A stretch of 64,000 bases of DNA from Undibacterium sp. GTDB taxonomy: Bacteria; Pseudomonadota; Gammaproteobacteria; Burkholderiales; Burkholderiaceae_D. The translations under genes and the position numbers were made by a program. This document shows positions 52,741 through 63,358 of this stretch, piece after piece (the first letter of the stretch is position 1; each line of letters begins with the position of its first letter). The stretch is from the NCBI RefSeq assembly GCF_035487495.1, contig NZ_DATHMC010000181.1. One strand, 5' to 3'. The notes beneath the pieces were generated by a model, which was not told where the DNA came from, ran no database searches, and saw nothing but the letters and a program-made list of their open reading frames with translations.

Positions 52741-53520
52741 ATGCATAAACTTTTTTATCTAAAAAAATCCTTTTGCCTGGCGTGTCTGGGCTTGCTGCTT
52801 GCATGTCCATTATTGGCAGCCGAGCTGTCCAGCACGATCAAAGCGGTCAAAACCTCGGTGGTCGCAGTCGGTACTTTCCAGAAAACCCGCAGCCCGGCAG
52901 TCAGTTTCAACGGCACCGGATTTATCGTCGGCGACGGCTTGACCGTCATTACCAATGCGCACGTAGTCAATCGCCCCATCAATCCGGACACTCCGGAAAC
53001 ATTGGGCATCCTGTTCGGCAAGGGAGACTCCGCAGAATTCAGGCCGGCCGTCATCGTCGCCATTGACGACGAGCATGATCTGGCCAGGCTCAAGATAACA
53101 GGCACCCCATTGCCGGCAATGACGCTAGGCGATGCCGGCCAGGTCGTTGAAGGGCAGTCCATCGCGTTTACCGGATTCCCGCTAGGCGCTGCGCTGGGAT
53201 TTCATCATGCGACCCATAGGGGGATCGTCTCCGCCATCACGCCCGTGACCAAGCCCACGCAGGATACAAGGTCGCTGGACCCCAAGGTGATTGCGCAATT
53301 GCGGCGCGCGCCCTATTTAGTCTTTCAACTGGACGCTACCGCCTATCCGGGCAACAGCGGAAGCCCCCTGTATGATCCTGAAACCGGCAAAGTACTGGGC
53401 ATCATTAATATGGTATTTGTGAAAGGCTTGAAAGAAACGGCGATCACCAATCCTAGCGGTATTACCTATGCGATTCCGGTCAATTTCATCCATGATCTGT
53501 TGCAACGCAATGTAAAGTAG
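52741..53520 (+). CDS. Exported trypsin-like serine protease (S1C, no PDZ)
   Basis: TNAHV, HDLARL and PGNSGSP catalytic motifs; signal peptide. Confidence 0.9.
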   Translation: MHKLFYLKKSFCLACLGLLLACPLLAAELSSTIKAVKTSVVAVGTFQKTRSPAVSFNGTGFIVGDGLTVITNAHVVNRPINPDTPETLGILFGKGDSAEFRPAVIVAIDDEHDLARLKITGTPLPAMTLGDAGQVVEGQSIAFTGFPLGAALGFHHATHRGIVSAITPVTKPTQDTRSLDPKVIAQLRRAPYLVFQLDATAYPGNSGSPLYDPETGKVLGIINMVFVKGLKETAITNPSGITYAIPVNFIHDLLQRNVK

Positions 53521-53801
53521 GCGTCGATTCTAACCGCTGCGCCAACGCCGGCTGCACTGGCGAACGCGGTCGCTTGATTGTCGCTTTCCCAAGCATCTGA
53601 TATATTGAACAACAAATTGGCAAATTAAAAACCTTCTGGATGTTGCCGGCGTAGTTGGATTGGGATACGCAGGCTTGCCGCTGGCGCTCGAATGCAGAAA
53701 AGACACGACCACAGGAAATGGAGTTTGCCCAGCTTACACTCGGGCCGGCCCGCGGATATTGCCCATGGCGACTCTAAAAAATATACCTACTACGACCTAA
53801 A

Positions 53802-54839
53802 ATGACCAAATATCCAGAAATCCGACAGCATTTGCAGACTCGCCAATACCGCTGGTTAATTACCGGGGTCGCCGGTTTCATCGGCTCCAATTTGCTGGAA
53901 ACGCTGCTCAAATTAAACCAGGCCGTAGTCGGCCTGGACAATTTTTCCGCCGGCCATCAACATAATCTTGACCAGGTCCGGGAGCTGGTGGGCGAAAAGG
54001 CCTGGCGCAATTTCAAATTTATTGAAGGCGACATAAGCAAGCTGGAAGATTGCCGGCTGGCCTGCGCCGGTGCCGATTACGTCCTGCACCATGCGGCGCT
54101 GGGCTCCGTACCCCGCTCGATAGAAGACCCCATCCTGTCCAACGAAAGCAATGTGAGCGGTTTCGTCAATATGCTGGTTGCGGCTCGCGATCACAAGATC
54201 AAGCGCTTCGTGTATGCAGCGTCCAGCTCTACCTACGGCGACCATCCCGGCCTGCCTAAAGTTGAATCAGTGATAGGCAAGCCGCTGTCGCCCTATGCTG
54301 TCACCAAGTATGTCAACGAACTGTATGCCGACGTCTTCAACCGCTGCTACGGCATAGACAGCATAGGCCTGCGCTATTTCAACGTATTCGGCCCACGGCA
54401 GGATCCAAACGGCGCCTATGCCGCGGTGATCCCGCAGTGGGTGGCGGCTCTGATCAAGAACCAGGCCCTGTATATCAACGGCGACGGCGAGACCACCAGG
54501 GATTTCTGCTTTGTCGACAACATCGTCCAGGCCAACCTGCTGTCGGCACTGACGGCAGACCCGGCCGCACTCAACGAGATCTACAATGTGGCGCTGAACG
54601 ATTCCACCAGTTTGAACCAGCTATACCAGATGATGCGCACGCTGCTCAAGGATGACTTCCCGCATCTTGAAAATCATCAGCCGATCTACCAGGACTTCCG
54701 GGCCGGAGACGTTCGCCACTCGCAGGCGGATATTTCCAAGGCCCAGACTCTGCTGGGTTTCGCGCCTACTCATACGGTGGACCAGGGCTTGGGCGAAGCA
54801 ATGGCGTGGTATAAAAAGAACCTGCCGGGCGCATCATAA
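53802..54839 (+). CDS. tviC: UDP-GlcNAc(A) C4 epimerase (TviC/WbpP type)
   Basis: [22 protein letters not shown] and [12 protein letters not shown] motifs; tviC versus wbpP is not distinguishable here. Confidence 0.88.
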   Translation: MTKYPEIRQHLQTRQYRWLITGVAGFIGSNLLETLLKLNQAVVGLDNFSAGHQHNLDQVRELVGEKAWRNFKFIEGDISKLEDCRLACAGADYVLHHAALGSVPRSIEDPILSNESNVSGFVNMLVAARDHKIKRFVYAASSSTYGDHPGLPKVESVIGKPLSPYAVTKYVNELYADVFNRCYGIDSIGLRYFNVFGPRQDPNGAYAAVIPQWVAALIKNQALYINGDGETTRDFCFVDNIVQANLLSALTADPAALNEIYNVALNDSTSLNQLYQMMRTLLKDDFPHLENHQPIYQDFRAGDVRHSQADISKAQTLLGFAPTHTVDQGLGEAMAWYKKNLPGAS

Positions 54840-54957
54840 GCCGGCTTGATATTATTTCAGAATCCCCATTCCACCTGACGATCATGGCAGCCGGCGACGG
54901 GCGCCCCCTGGTGCCGGCTGCCAGCCGCCACCTGTGCCCAGCCATCTCCTGCCCGCG

Positions 54958-56094
54958 ATGAAAAAGGTTTGCATCTACGACAGCTTCGACGCCCTCCCCG
55001 CAGGCTATGCGCCGCTGTTTGAAGCCGCGGAACAAGCCGGTGGCGTATTTTTAAGCCTGTCCTGGTTTCAGCACCTAGCGGCATCCGCATTCGAATCCGG
55101 CACCAAACTGCGCATCTATGGCCTGGAATCCGACACTGAAACACGCATGGTGCATGCGGCACTGGTCATGCGCTTCCAGCCGCGAGGCTCTGGATGGACC
55201 GCGCCCACCACCCTGAATGCCGCAGCCAACTATTACACCTCGCTATTCGGTCCGGTCTTGGCCCGTCCTGCCGCGGCAATCGACGACGACCTGCATAGGC
55301 TGGCACAGGCCATCAGCCATGATACGCCGCACTGGGATATGGTGGATATGCATCCCCTAGCGCTGGATTCCCCGCTGTTCGAGACATCCGTCCGCGCCTT
55401 GCGTGCCGCCGGCATGATCACGCAAAGCTATTTTTGTTTCGGCAACTGGTATCTGCAAGTGCGGGGGCGCAGCTATCAGGAATATTTTGCCAGCCTGCCT
55501 TCGCGCCTGCGCAATACTGTGCAGAGAAAATCCAGGCAACTGGAAAGTGCCGGCCGCATCGGCATCCATATCGTCCAAGACCCTGACGAGCTGGATGCTG
55601 CCCTGCTGGCCTATCAGCACGTTTATCAATCCAGCTGGAAGGGGCCGGAATCCTTTCAGGAATTTATCCCCGGCCTGATACGCATGCTGGCCGACCAGCG
55701 CAAGCTGCGACTGGGAATCGCCTATGTGGACCGGCAACCTGCGGCGGCACAGTTATGGATAGTGTCGGGGAAGACCGCATCCATCTATAAGCTGGCCTAC
55801 GACGAGCAATTTGCCGAGTTGTCGATAGGCTCCATCCTGACGGCCCGCATGATGCAGCATGCGCTCGACGTCGACAAGGTCGACGAAGTGGACTACCTGA
55901 CCGGCGACGAGGCCTACAAGCAAGATTGGATGTCGCACCGCCGCGAACGCTGGGGCATCGTTGCCTTCAAACTCGCCAGCGCTCGCGGGATGCTTGCCGC
56001 AATACAGCATATCGGCGGCCACGCAGTCAGGACGCGCGCGCGACAAATGATGCACTCAGGAAAAAATATAGTGCGAACCCTATTAGGCCAATAG
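54958..56094 (+). CDS. GNAT family acetyltransferase (Acetyltransf_6, CelD/BcsL-like), EPS-associated
   Basis: YKLAYDE..SIGSILT and DYLTGDEAYKQDW motifs; start uncertain (54934 or 54958). Confidence 0.82.
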   Translation: MKKVCIYDSFDALPAGYAPLFEAAEQAGGVFLSLSWFQHLAASAFESGTKLRIYGLESDTETRMVHAALVMRFQPRGSGWTAPTTLNAAANYYTSLFGPVLARPAAAIDDDLHRLAQAISHDTPHWDMVDMHPLALDSPLFETSVRALRAAGMITQSYFCFGNWYLQVRGRSYQEYFASLPSRLRNTVQRKSRQLESAGRIGIHIVQDPDELDAALLAYQHVYQSSWKGPESFQEFIPGLIRMLADQRKLRLGIAYVDRQPAAAQLWIVSGKTASIYKLAYDEQFAELSIGSILTARMMQHALDVDKVDEVDYLTGDEAYKQDWMSHRRERWGIVAFKLASARGMLAAIQHIGGHAVRTRARQMMHSGKNIVRTLLGQ

Positions 56095-56316
56095 CCGCCT
56101 GGCGATGCGCAGTTTTCGCCAGGATTGTTCGATTTACAGGAAATTTGGTGTAACCTTCACAAGGAATAATTTGTTCGCTAGCAAACTCGGCGAGGAACTC
56201 CGGCAGAGGCGCTGGCCGGCAGGCAAACTGGGCAATAAAAGAGACATGATTTTTGATCGCTGTAAATGAAACTTCCATCACTATAAGATTTGATCCTCCG
56301 TAAAAAGGACAGAGAT

Positions 56317-59100
56317 ATGTCAAGCAAGAGAAACAAACGCACCAGCATCGCCATGATTTCCGGCGCTGTGTTATTAATGACCAGCCTGGGAGCGTGCAAT
56401 AAATTCCAGTCAGCGGACAAACTCGTCAGTGAAGCCAGGCAATACCAGCAAAAAGGCGATGATAAGGCGGCCGTCATCCAGTTAAAAAATGCCTTGCAAA
56501 AAGATCCCAACAATATCAATGCGCGCTATATGCTGGCCGGCATCTATAATGAAACCGGCGATCCGGTATCGGCAGAAAAAGAGTTGCGCAAAGCACTCAG
56601 CCTGGGCTTGAGCGCCGACAAGGCAAGAGTCGATCTGGGCAAATCCTTGCTGATGCAAGGCCAGTTCCAAAAAGTCCTGGATGAGACCAAGACCGATGCC
56701 GGCGCCAAGCCAGACGCCGCTCTCCTGTCCCTCCGCGGGAATGCCTATCTGGCCTTGAACCAGGCTGCCGAGGCCAAGCAGTCCTTTGACGATGCCTTGA
56801 AAGTCCAGCCCAATTATGTCGATGCCTTGATCGGCTTGTCCAAGTACGCGTTCGGACAGAAAGACGTAGCGACGGCAACCCAGATTGCGGAACAAGCAAT
56901 CGCGACAAATCCCAAGAGTGCAGATGCGTGGCTATTCAAGGGTGATATTGCCAGGTCACAAGGAAAAACGGACGACGCGCTGGCGGCCTATGCTGAAACT
57001 CTGAAAATCCAGCCGGATAGCGTAGCCGCCCATTTAACCAGGGCGAACGTCGAAATCGGCTTGAGAAAATTCGACGAAGCGCAGCGTGACATTGATGCGG
57101 TGAAGAAGGTTAGCCCAGGCCATATCGTCGCGCTGTATACGCAGGCCTTGCTCCATTTCAGCCAGGGCAAAAACGCCCCGGCCCTGGAATCCCTGCAACT
57201 GGTGCAGCGCGGGGCGCCTGATTATATGCCGGGAGTACTGCTGACGGGTGCCGTGCAATTTGCATTGGGCTCCTATGAACAGGCCGAGCAGGCCGTCAAA
57301 AAATATCTGGGCGCGTATCCAAACAACCTGTATGCCCAAAAACTGATGGCGGGGATACTGATCAAGAGCCGGCAGGCAAAGCGCGCGCTGGCACTGCTGG
57401 AGCCGGCCTTGAAACAATACCCGCAGGATAATCAGCTGACGGCGATGGCCGGCGAAGCCTCCATGCAAGCCAAGGACTTTGCCAAAGCCACTGAATACTT
57501 TGAAAAAGCCAGCTCCATGGCACCGGAAAATGCCGATTACCATACCGCGCTAGGCCTGAGCAAGCTGGGATCGGGCGACAATGACAAAGCGATCGCAGAA
57601 CTGGAAAAAGCCAGCGATCTGGACGCAAAATCATCCCGGGCGGGCATTCTGCTCGTCATGACCCATTTGCGCCTGAAAGAATATGATAAGGCCATGGTCG
57701 CCGTCCAGGCGCTGGAAAAGGAATCGCCGGAAAATCCGATGATCCAGAATCTGAAAGGCGGCATCTATCTGAACCAGAAAAAATCTGCCGATGCGCGAGC
57801 CAGTTTTGAAAAAGCACTGAGCTTGCAAGCGACCTATTTTCCGGCTGCCGCCAATCTTGCCAACATGGATATGCAAGACAAGAAGGTCGACTCAGCGAAG
57901 AAACGCTTTGTCGCCATTTTGGACAAGGATAAAAAGAATATGTCTGCCATGCTGGCCCTGGCCAACATTGCCTTGATGGAAAAAAACAACGAGGAAGCAA
58001 GAAGATGGCTGGAGAAAGCCAATAACGACAATCCCTCTTCCTTCCAGCCCGCGCAATTGCTGGCCACGCATTACCTGCGCATGGGTGACAAACAAAAAGC
58101 CGTCGTTTTTGCAAAAAAAGAGCAGACGCTGAATCCAACAGTTCCTGAATTCCTCGGATTACTCGCACGCGTCCAACAAGCTACCGGCGACAATGAAGGC
58201 GCCCTCGACAGTTATGGAAAAATCGCCGCGATGCTGCCGGAATCACCGGCGGCACAATTTTCGGTCGTTCTCCCCTACCTGACTTTGAACAGGGATGCAG
58301 AAGCGCTGGAAGCGACCAAAAAAACCCTGCGACTGGACCCCAACTATCGCGATGCCCAAACGGCTCTTGCAATGCTGGAGGCCAAAAAAGGCAATTTCGA
58401 ACAATCATTGCAGGTTGCCAGACAGACACAAAAGCAGGATCCAAAATCGCCAATGGGTTATGTGACGGAGGGAAACATCCTGATGGTGCAGAAGAAATTC
58501 GGACCAGCCGTTGCAGCGTTTGAAAAAGGCCTGGCATTGGGGAAAAACTCTGAAGTCCTGATTAAACTGCATGCGGCCCTGTGGGCAGACGGCAAAACAA
58601 AAGAGGCGGATGCGAGGCTGAATCAGTGGTTGAAGGACAATCCCAGCGATTACAATGCGCGCATGTATTTGGCGACCTTCTTGCTGGCGACGCAAAAGAG
58701 TAAACAGGCCGCGATCGAGCAATTCCAGATCCTGTTAAAAACCGCCCCTCAAAACGTCACCATACTCAATAATTTGGCCTGGGCCTACGATCAGGAAAAA
58801 GATCCCAAGGCCCTTGGATATGCCGAGCAGGCCTTCAAGCTCGCGCCGGACAGTGCCGCCGTGCTGGATACCTATGGTTGGCTGCTGATACAAAAAGACG
58901 ATATCACTGGCGGCTTACCCCTCTTGAAAAAAGCCGCCGCCCTTAGTCCTACCGCAGCAGAGATACGCTTTCACCTGGCGCAGGCGCTACTCAAGTCGGG
59001 AGACAAAATCGGCGCGCGCGTCGAACTGGAGGCGACAATCGCCAACGGCAAGGGATTCGCCAGGCTGGACGAAGCAAAGACCCAGCTGAGCCGGTTGTAA
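56317..59100 (+). CDS. prsT: PEP-CTERM/XrtA system TPR lipoprotein PrsT
   Basis: Lipobox LGAC; AVIQLKNALQKDP; TPR repeats over about 930 aa; NNLAW and DTYGW motifs; EPS context. Confidence 0.9.
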   Translation: MSSKRNKRTSIAMISGAVLLMTSLGACNKFQSADKLVSEARQYQQKGDDKAAVIQLKNALQKDPNNINARYMLAGIYNETGDPVSAEKELRKALSLGLSADKARVDLGKSLLMQGQFQKVLDETKTDAGAKPDAALLSLRGNAYLALNQAAEAKQSFDDALKVQPNYVDALIGLSKYAFGQKDVATATQIAEQAIATNPKSADAWLFKGDIARSQGKTDDALAAYAETLKIQPDSVAAHLTRANVEIGLRKFDEAQRDIDAVKKVSPGHIVALYTQALLHFSQGKNAPALESLQLVQRGAPDYMPGVLLTGAVQFALGSYEQAEQAVKKYLGAYPNNLYAQKLMAGILIKSRQAKRALALLEPALKQYPQDNQLTAMAGEASMQAKDFAKATEYFEKASSMAPENADYHTALGLSKLGSGDNDKAIAELEKASDLDAKSSRAGILLVMTHLRLKEYDKAMVAVQALEKESPENPMIQNLKGGIYLNQKKSADARASFEKALSLQATYFPAAANLANMDMQDKKVDSAKKRFVAILDKDKKNMSAMLALANIALMEKNNEEARRWLEKANNDNPSSFQPAQLLATHYLRMGDKQKAVVFAKKEQTLNPTVPEFLGLLARVQQATGDNEGALDSYGKIAAMLPESPAAQFSVVLPYLTLNRDAEALEATKKTLRLDPNYRDAQTALAMLEAKKGNFEQSLQVARQTQKQDPKSPMGYVTEGNILMVQKKFGPAVAAFEKGLALGKNSEVLIKLHAALWADGKTKEADARLNQWLKDNPSDYNARMYLATFLLATQKSKQAAIEQFQILLKTAPQNVTILNNLAWAYDQEKDPKALGYAEQAFKLAPDSAAVLDTYGWLLIQKDDITGGLPLLKKAAALSPTAAEIRFHLAQALLKSGDKIGARVELEATIANGKGFARLDEAKTQLSRL

Positions 59101-59149
59101 TCGGTAGCGGGCGACAGAGCGCGGACCGGGCAAATCGGTGCGCTCTTTT

Positions 59150-59222
59150 GAGCCTGTTCACGGCCTGTAGTGAGCAGCGCATGGCCCCAATCAAGGCCGC
59201 GCAGTAAGATCGTGACAGGTTC
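59150..59222 (+). mobile_element. Miniature inverted-repeat element, family A, copy 3 (internally deleted)
   Basis: GAGCCTGTTCAC...GCGCATG..CCGCGCAGTAAGATCGTGACAGGTTC followed by TTA. Confidence 0.7.
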
Positions 59223-59313
59223 TTAGGTACTACCCGGCCTGGCTGGTAGAGATATCCTGGGGGAAATACAAACGGTTTTCGGCCAGTAACGATGCCGATT
59301 CTGCATGCCAAAC

Positions 59314-59350
59314 AAAAGCCCCGCATGTTCTAGCAACATGCGGGGCTTTT
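59314..59350. terminator. Bidirectional Rho-independent terminator
   Basis: Perfect 16-bp stem AAAAGCCCCGCATGTT-CTAGC-AACATGCGGGGCTTTT between convergent prsT and the export gene. Confidence 0.9.
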
Positions 59351-59387
59351 ACTTTCTGAACGACCGCCCGTATTGCCGGGCCGGAAT

Positions 59388-60020
59388 TTAGAAGAAGCTT
59401 TGCGGAATGACCAGCACGTCGCCGGGACGCACCGGCACGTTGGCGGAGATGTCGCCGTCCTTGATCAAATCATTCAGGCGCACACTCAATTTTTGCTGCT
59501 TGCCATCCACGGTACGGATCAGGTTGGCCTTATTGCCGGCCGCAAATTCGGTAATGCCGCCAACGGCAATAACGACATCCATCAATGACATACCCTGACG
59601 GTAGGCCAGTGCCTGTGGCTTGGCCGCTTGCCCGATTACACGTATCTGTTCTTCATAAGGGCCGGCAAACGCAGTCACGATCACAGTAACCACCGGCTGC
59701 TGGATGAATTTTGCCAGCGCCTTTTCTATGTCACGGGCCAACTGTGTCGATGTTTTGCCGTTGGCAACGATATCTTCCACCAGCGGAGTGGTGATCTTCC
59801 CATCCGGACGGACAGGAACCACCATGGAAACCTCGGGATTGCGCCAGACGATAACATTGATGGAGTCGCCGGCGCCGATGATGTAATCATTGGTTGGTAT
59901 CGCTCCCTCGGTAGGAGCAGGCGGATTCGCATTTGTTGCACATCCGCCGATGGCCAGCATGCTAACCGACATGGATAAACAGGCTAACCATTTCATCGTT
60001 GTTGTACGTAGCGTGTTCAC
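59388..60020 (-). CDS. XrtA/PEP-CTERM-type polysaccharide export lipoprotein (Wza-like)
   Basis: Lipobox IGGC; YIIGAGD, VRPDGKITTPL and GDVLVIPQSFF motifs. Confidence 0.92.
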   Translation of the reverse strand: MNTLRTTTMKWLACLSMSVSMLAIGGCATNANPPAPTEGAIPTNDYIIGAGDSINVIVWRNPEVSMVVPVRPDGKITTPLVEDIVANGKTSTQLARDIEKALAKFIQQPVVTVIVTAFAGPYEEQIRVIGQAAKPQALAYRQGMSLMDVVIAVGGITEFAAGNKANLIRTVDGKQQKLSVRLNDLIKDGDISANVPVRPGDVLVIPQSFF

Positions 60021-60083
60021 TTTAATTCCCTATAAGTGCGTGATGGAGTGTCCAGCATGGGGTGGCGCACCAGACATGCTTAA

Positions 60084-60150
60084 AAACCGATTTGATATCC
60101 TGTTGCGCGGCCGTGACCGGTATTCATGCGCGATAAATTTAAACAGGCCC
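60084..60150 (-). repeat. Family A miniature element, degenerate copy 4
   Basis: Reverse complement GGGCCTGTTTAA...GCGCATGAATACCGGTCACGGCCGCGCAACAGGATA resembles the family A core. Confidence 0.55.
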
Positions 60151-60729
60151 AAAGTTAACATTGAAGCATGATGGTAACACCAACATGGCAAATTACAACT
60201 ATCTGACGTTTATTTAGCTTGCATCATGCATGTATGCGCTCTGGCACTACAACAAAAAAACGCGGAACGCACATTGCCGTATTGTTGCAAGCTGTCGCGC
60301 CCCGTTCATGCACGTGATCAAATATATCGTTGCCTGGAAGTATTTAGGGGGGCCTTATTCCAAAGACCCTGCTTTGAATAGTTCACTTTATTAGAAAGGC
60401 TTGCAATAAAAATCCCTGCTTTTTGAAGGGCTTGGAGCATAAAAGTAAGAAATCCGTTGAAAATTTCCAACACTTTTTGGAAATTTCTGCCTAGCAGCCA
60501 AAGCAAAATTAAAGCACCAAAATCAAAATAAATTGCCGCAAGAAAATGTTTCTGTGGCAATTCACCGCTAAACCCCCGTTTTACCGCGCCCAGCGGCGGA
60601 TTGCCTTGTTTTTTTTATATCCTTGCCATATCATAGCTCGCTAAATAAACGTGCCCATATACCAGATAAGCTGGTAAGTTATAGCTTGGATTAGTGCCGT
60701 TAATTACCATTTATGGAGAGTTTGACAAG

Positions 60730-62253
60730 ATGGAGGAACTGGTAACGCAGCTACAATCCCTACTGAGGGGTGGGTGGAAATACCGTTGGTATGCCGTCAC
60801 TATAGCCTGGCTGGTCGCTGCCATAGGTTTTATCGTCGTCTACAAATTGCCGGATAACTACCAGTCTTCGGCCCGGGTATTTGTTGACACGCAAACGATA
60901 TTGAAACCCTTGCTCGCGGGCATGACCAGTATTCCCAATGTGGAACAACAGGTTTCCATCATGAGCCGCACCTTGCTAAGCCGCCCGAATGTGGAGCGGG
61001 TCATGCGCATGGTCGACCTGGACATTACCGCCAACACCGGCAAGGACAGGGAAAAATTGATAGAGGGCTTGATTAGCTCTATCAAGATAGGCGGCACCGT
61101 TCAGAACGACATCTACACTATCTCTTATAACGACGAAAATCCCAAACTTGCCAAAGACGTCGTGCAGGCTTTGCTGACTATCTTCGTCGAGGGTAGTTTT
61201 GGCGACAAGAAACAAGACTCCGCGAAGGCCATTGTCTTCATCGACAGCCAGATTAAAATTTATGAAGAAAAACTGGCAGCGGCTGAAAATGCGCTGAAAG
61301 ACTTCAAGCTGAAAAATATGATGATGCTGCCGCGCCAGGGCAGCGATTCCGGCAGCAAACTGATGGACATCACAGAAAGCTTGAATTCGGCCAAGCTGGA
61401 ATTATCGGAAGCGGAACAGGCAAGAGATGCAATCAAGAAACAGATCCAGGGGGTAGAAACACCGCAGAAATCAGACGACGCCGTCGTACTGCCGAACCCT
61501 GAACTGGATGAACGCATTCAGACCCTATCCAAGAACCTGGACTCTTTACGCTTGCAGTTCACCGAACAGCACCCGGATATCATTTCCACGAAACGGCTGC
61601 TGGCGCAATTGGAAGCACGCAAGCAAGAAGAAGCCAAAACCAGGAAGCCCATGTCGGAGTCGACGATGGCAGCCAATCCGCTGTTTCAGCAGTTGAAGGT
61701 TTCGCTGTCCGCAGCGGAGGCCAGGGTAGCGTCGATGCGGGCCAGGGTGGAAGAATACAATTCACGCAGTTCCCGCCTGAAGGCACTGAGTGTCGCCGCG
61801 CCTGAAATCGAATCCCAGTTGGCCCAGTTGAATCGCGACTACCTGATCAACAAGGAAAATTACGAGAAGCTGGTCGCCAGCCGGGAATCAGCAAAGCTGT
61901 CAGGCGACCTGAGTGCAACGACGGAAATGATGACCTTCAGGGTGATCGATCCACCTACCATGCCCCTGACCCCGGTAGGCCCTAACCGCCTGAGGCTGTT
62001 CTCCATCGTATTTGTCGCCGCCCTGATCGTCGGCATGCTGGGCGCGGTGCTGATGAGCAAGATCCGCCCAACCTTCCTCAGCCACATTGATTTGCTGGAA
62101 GCGACCGGTTTGCCGATTCTGGGCACCGTTTCCATGAACTGGACCGAAGGTGAAAAAACCCGGAGAAAGAGAAGCCTGTATGCGTTCGGCTTGTCTTCCT
62201 TCGTCTTGCTCGTCTTCTATGTTGGCGTAATGGCGACCATGTACCTCAGATAA
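60730..62253 (+). CDS. XrtA-system polysaccharide chain length determinant
   Basis: WKYRW, ARVFVDTQTILKPLL, coiled coils, FRVIDPP and a C-terminal TM. Confidence 0.92.
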   Translation: MEELVTQLQSLLRGGWKYRWYAVTIAWLVAAIGFIVVYKLPDNYQSSARVFVDTQTILKPLLAGMTSIPNVEQQVSIMSRTLLSRPNVERVMRMVDLDITANTGKDREKLIEGLISSIKIGGTVQNDIYTISYNDENPKLAKDVVQALLTIFVEGSFGDKKQDSAKAIVFIDSQIKIYEEKLAAAENALKDFKLKNMMMLPRQGSDSGSKLMDITESLNSAKLELSEAEQARDAIKKQIQGVETPQKSDDAVVLPNPELDERIQTLSKNLDSLRLQFTEQHPDIISTKRLLAQLEARKQEEAKTRKPMSESTMAANPLFQQLKVSLSAAEARVASMRARVEEYNSRSSRLKALSVAAPEIESQLAQLNRDYLINKENYEKLVASRESAKLSGDLSATTEMMTFRVIDPPTMPLTPVGPNRLRLFSIVFVAALIVGMLGAVLMSKIRPTFLSHIDLLEATGLPILGTVSMNWTEGEKTRRKRSLYAFGLSSFVLLVFYVGVMATMYLR

Positions 62254-62347
62254 TGTGTACTCCCGCCCCGATACCACCATGAAATAGATCAAACAGGTTT
62301 CACGGGGGTAATTGGCGACAAAAGCAATCAATATTTTTGGAGTTAGC

Positions 62348-63358
62348 GTGAGCATTATTGAAAAAGCGGTTGGCAGACTTGACCAAAGTAAGGGGGCGGC
62401 CGGGGCAACAGCGCCGGTCACAGAATCCCCTGTCGAGATCAAAGCCGAGACGGTAGCGGAACAGATACCTGTTGCCGTGCCAAGTCCAGCAGTAGCTGCG
62501 CCTGTCGAGGCAGCTGCGGCGCCGATCATTGCACCCGCAGAAGCGGTCGCCGGCGCGGCCCCTTCAGCCCCTCTGGATCAATCAGGCGCTACGGCTGTCC
62601 GGACCAAAAAAACCACTTCCAGGAAGATAAACATAGATCTCGCCCAATTGCATCAATTGGGCATGGTGACTCCCGACGCCGAGAGAACCATCATTGCAGA
62701 AGAATTCAGGCTGATCAAACGCCCGTTGATAGAGAAGGCTTTTGCGAAGAATGGCGGCACCGGCAAGCATCACGGCAACCTGATCATGGTTGCCAGCTCC
62801 CTGCCCGGCGAAGGAAAGACCTTCTGCGCCGTAAATCTTGCTATCAGCATCGCCATGGAACTGGATCATACCGTCTTGCTGGTGGACGCCGACGTCGCAC
62901 GCCCGTCCGTTCCGCGCTATTTGCATCTCGACCCTGCAGATACCAGCTCGGCCATCGGCCTGATGGACGTACTGCTGGACGACAATCTGGATCTGGCTGA
63001 CGCGATGCTCAAGACCAATATCGACACGCTGAGCATACTACCGGCCGGCAGGAGCCATAAGCGCGCGACGGAATTGCTCGCCAGCCAGGCCATGAGCAGC
63101 CTGCTGGATGAAATAGCCAATCGCTATCCCGACCGTATTGTCATTTTCGACTCACCGCCATTGCTGCTGACGACCGAAGCCAGGGTACTCGCCAATCAAA
63201 TGGGGCAAATCATACTGGTCGTCGAGGCTGAAGCCACTACCCAGCATGTGGTCAAGGAGGTTTTGCGTCAATTGAAATCGCACACCAATGTGAACTTGGT
63301 CTACAACAAGGCTAAAACATTCGCCGGTGGGGATTACTATGGCCGTTACTATGGTTAA
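62348..63358 (+). CDS. XrtA-associated protein-tyrosine autokinase
   Basis: EEFRLIKRPL, Walker A PGEGKT, VDAD, DSPP and terminal YYGRYYG; GTG start inferred. Confidence 0.92.
   Translation: MSIIEKAVGRLDQSKGAAGATAPVTESPVEIKAETVAEQIPVAVPSPAVAAPVEAAAAPIIAPAEAVAGAAPSAPLDQSGATAVRTKKTTSRKINIDLAQLHQLGMVTPDAERTIIAEEFRLIKRPLIEKAFAKNGGTGKHHGNLIMVASSLPGEGKTFCAVNLAISIAMELDHTVLLVDADVARPSVPRYLHLDPADTSSAIGLMDVLLDDNLDLADAMLKTNIDTLSILPAGRSHKRATELLASQAMSSLLDEIANRYPDRIVIFDSPPLLLTTEARVLANQMGQIILVVEAEATTQHVVKEVLRQLKSHTNVNLVYNKAKTFAGGDYYGRYYG

Noticed and set aside
60150-60730. Sigma54 (-24/-12) promoter or ops/JUMPstart element for the EPS operon
   Set aside because: Candidate GG...GC pairs have the wrong spacing and there is no GGCGGTAG match
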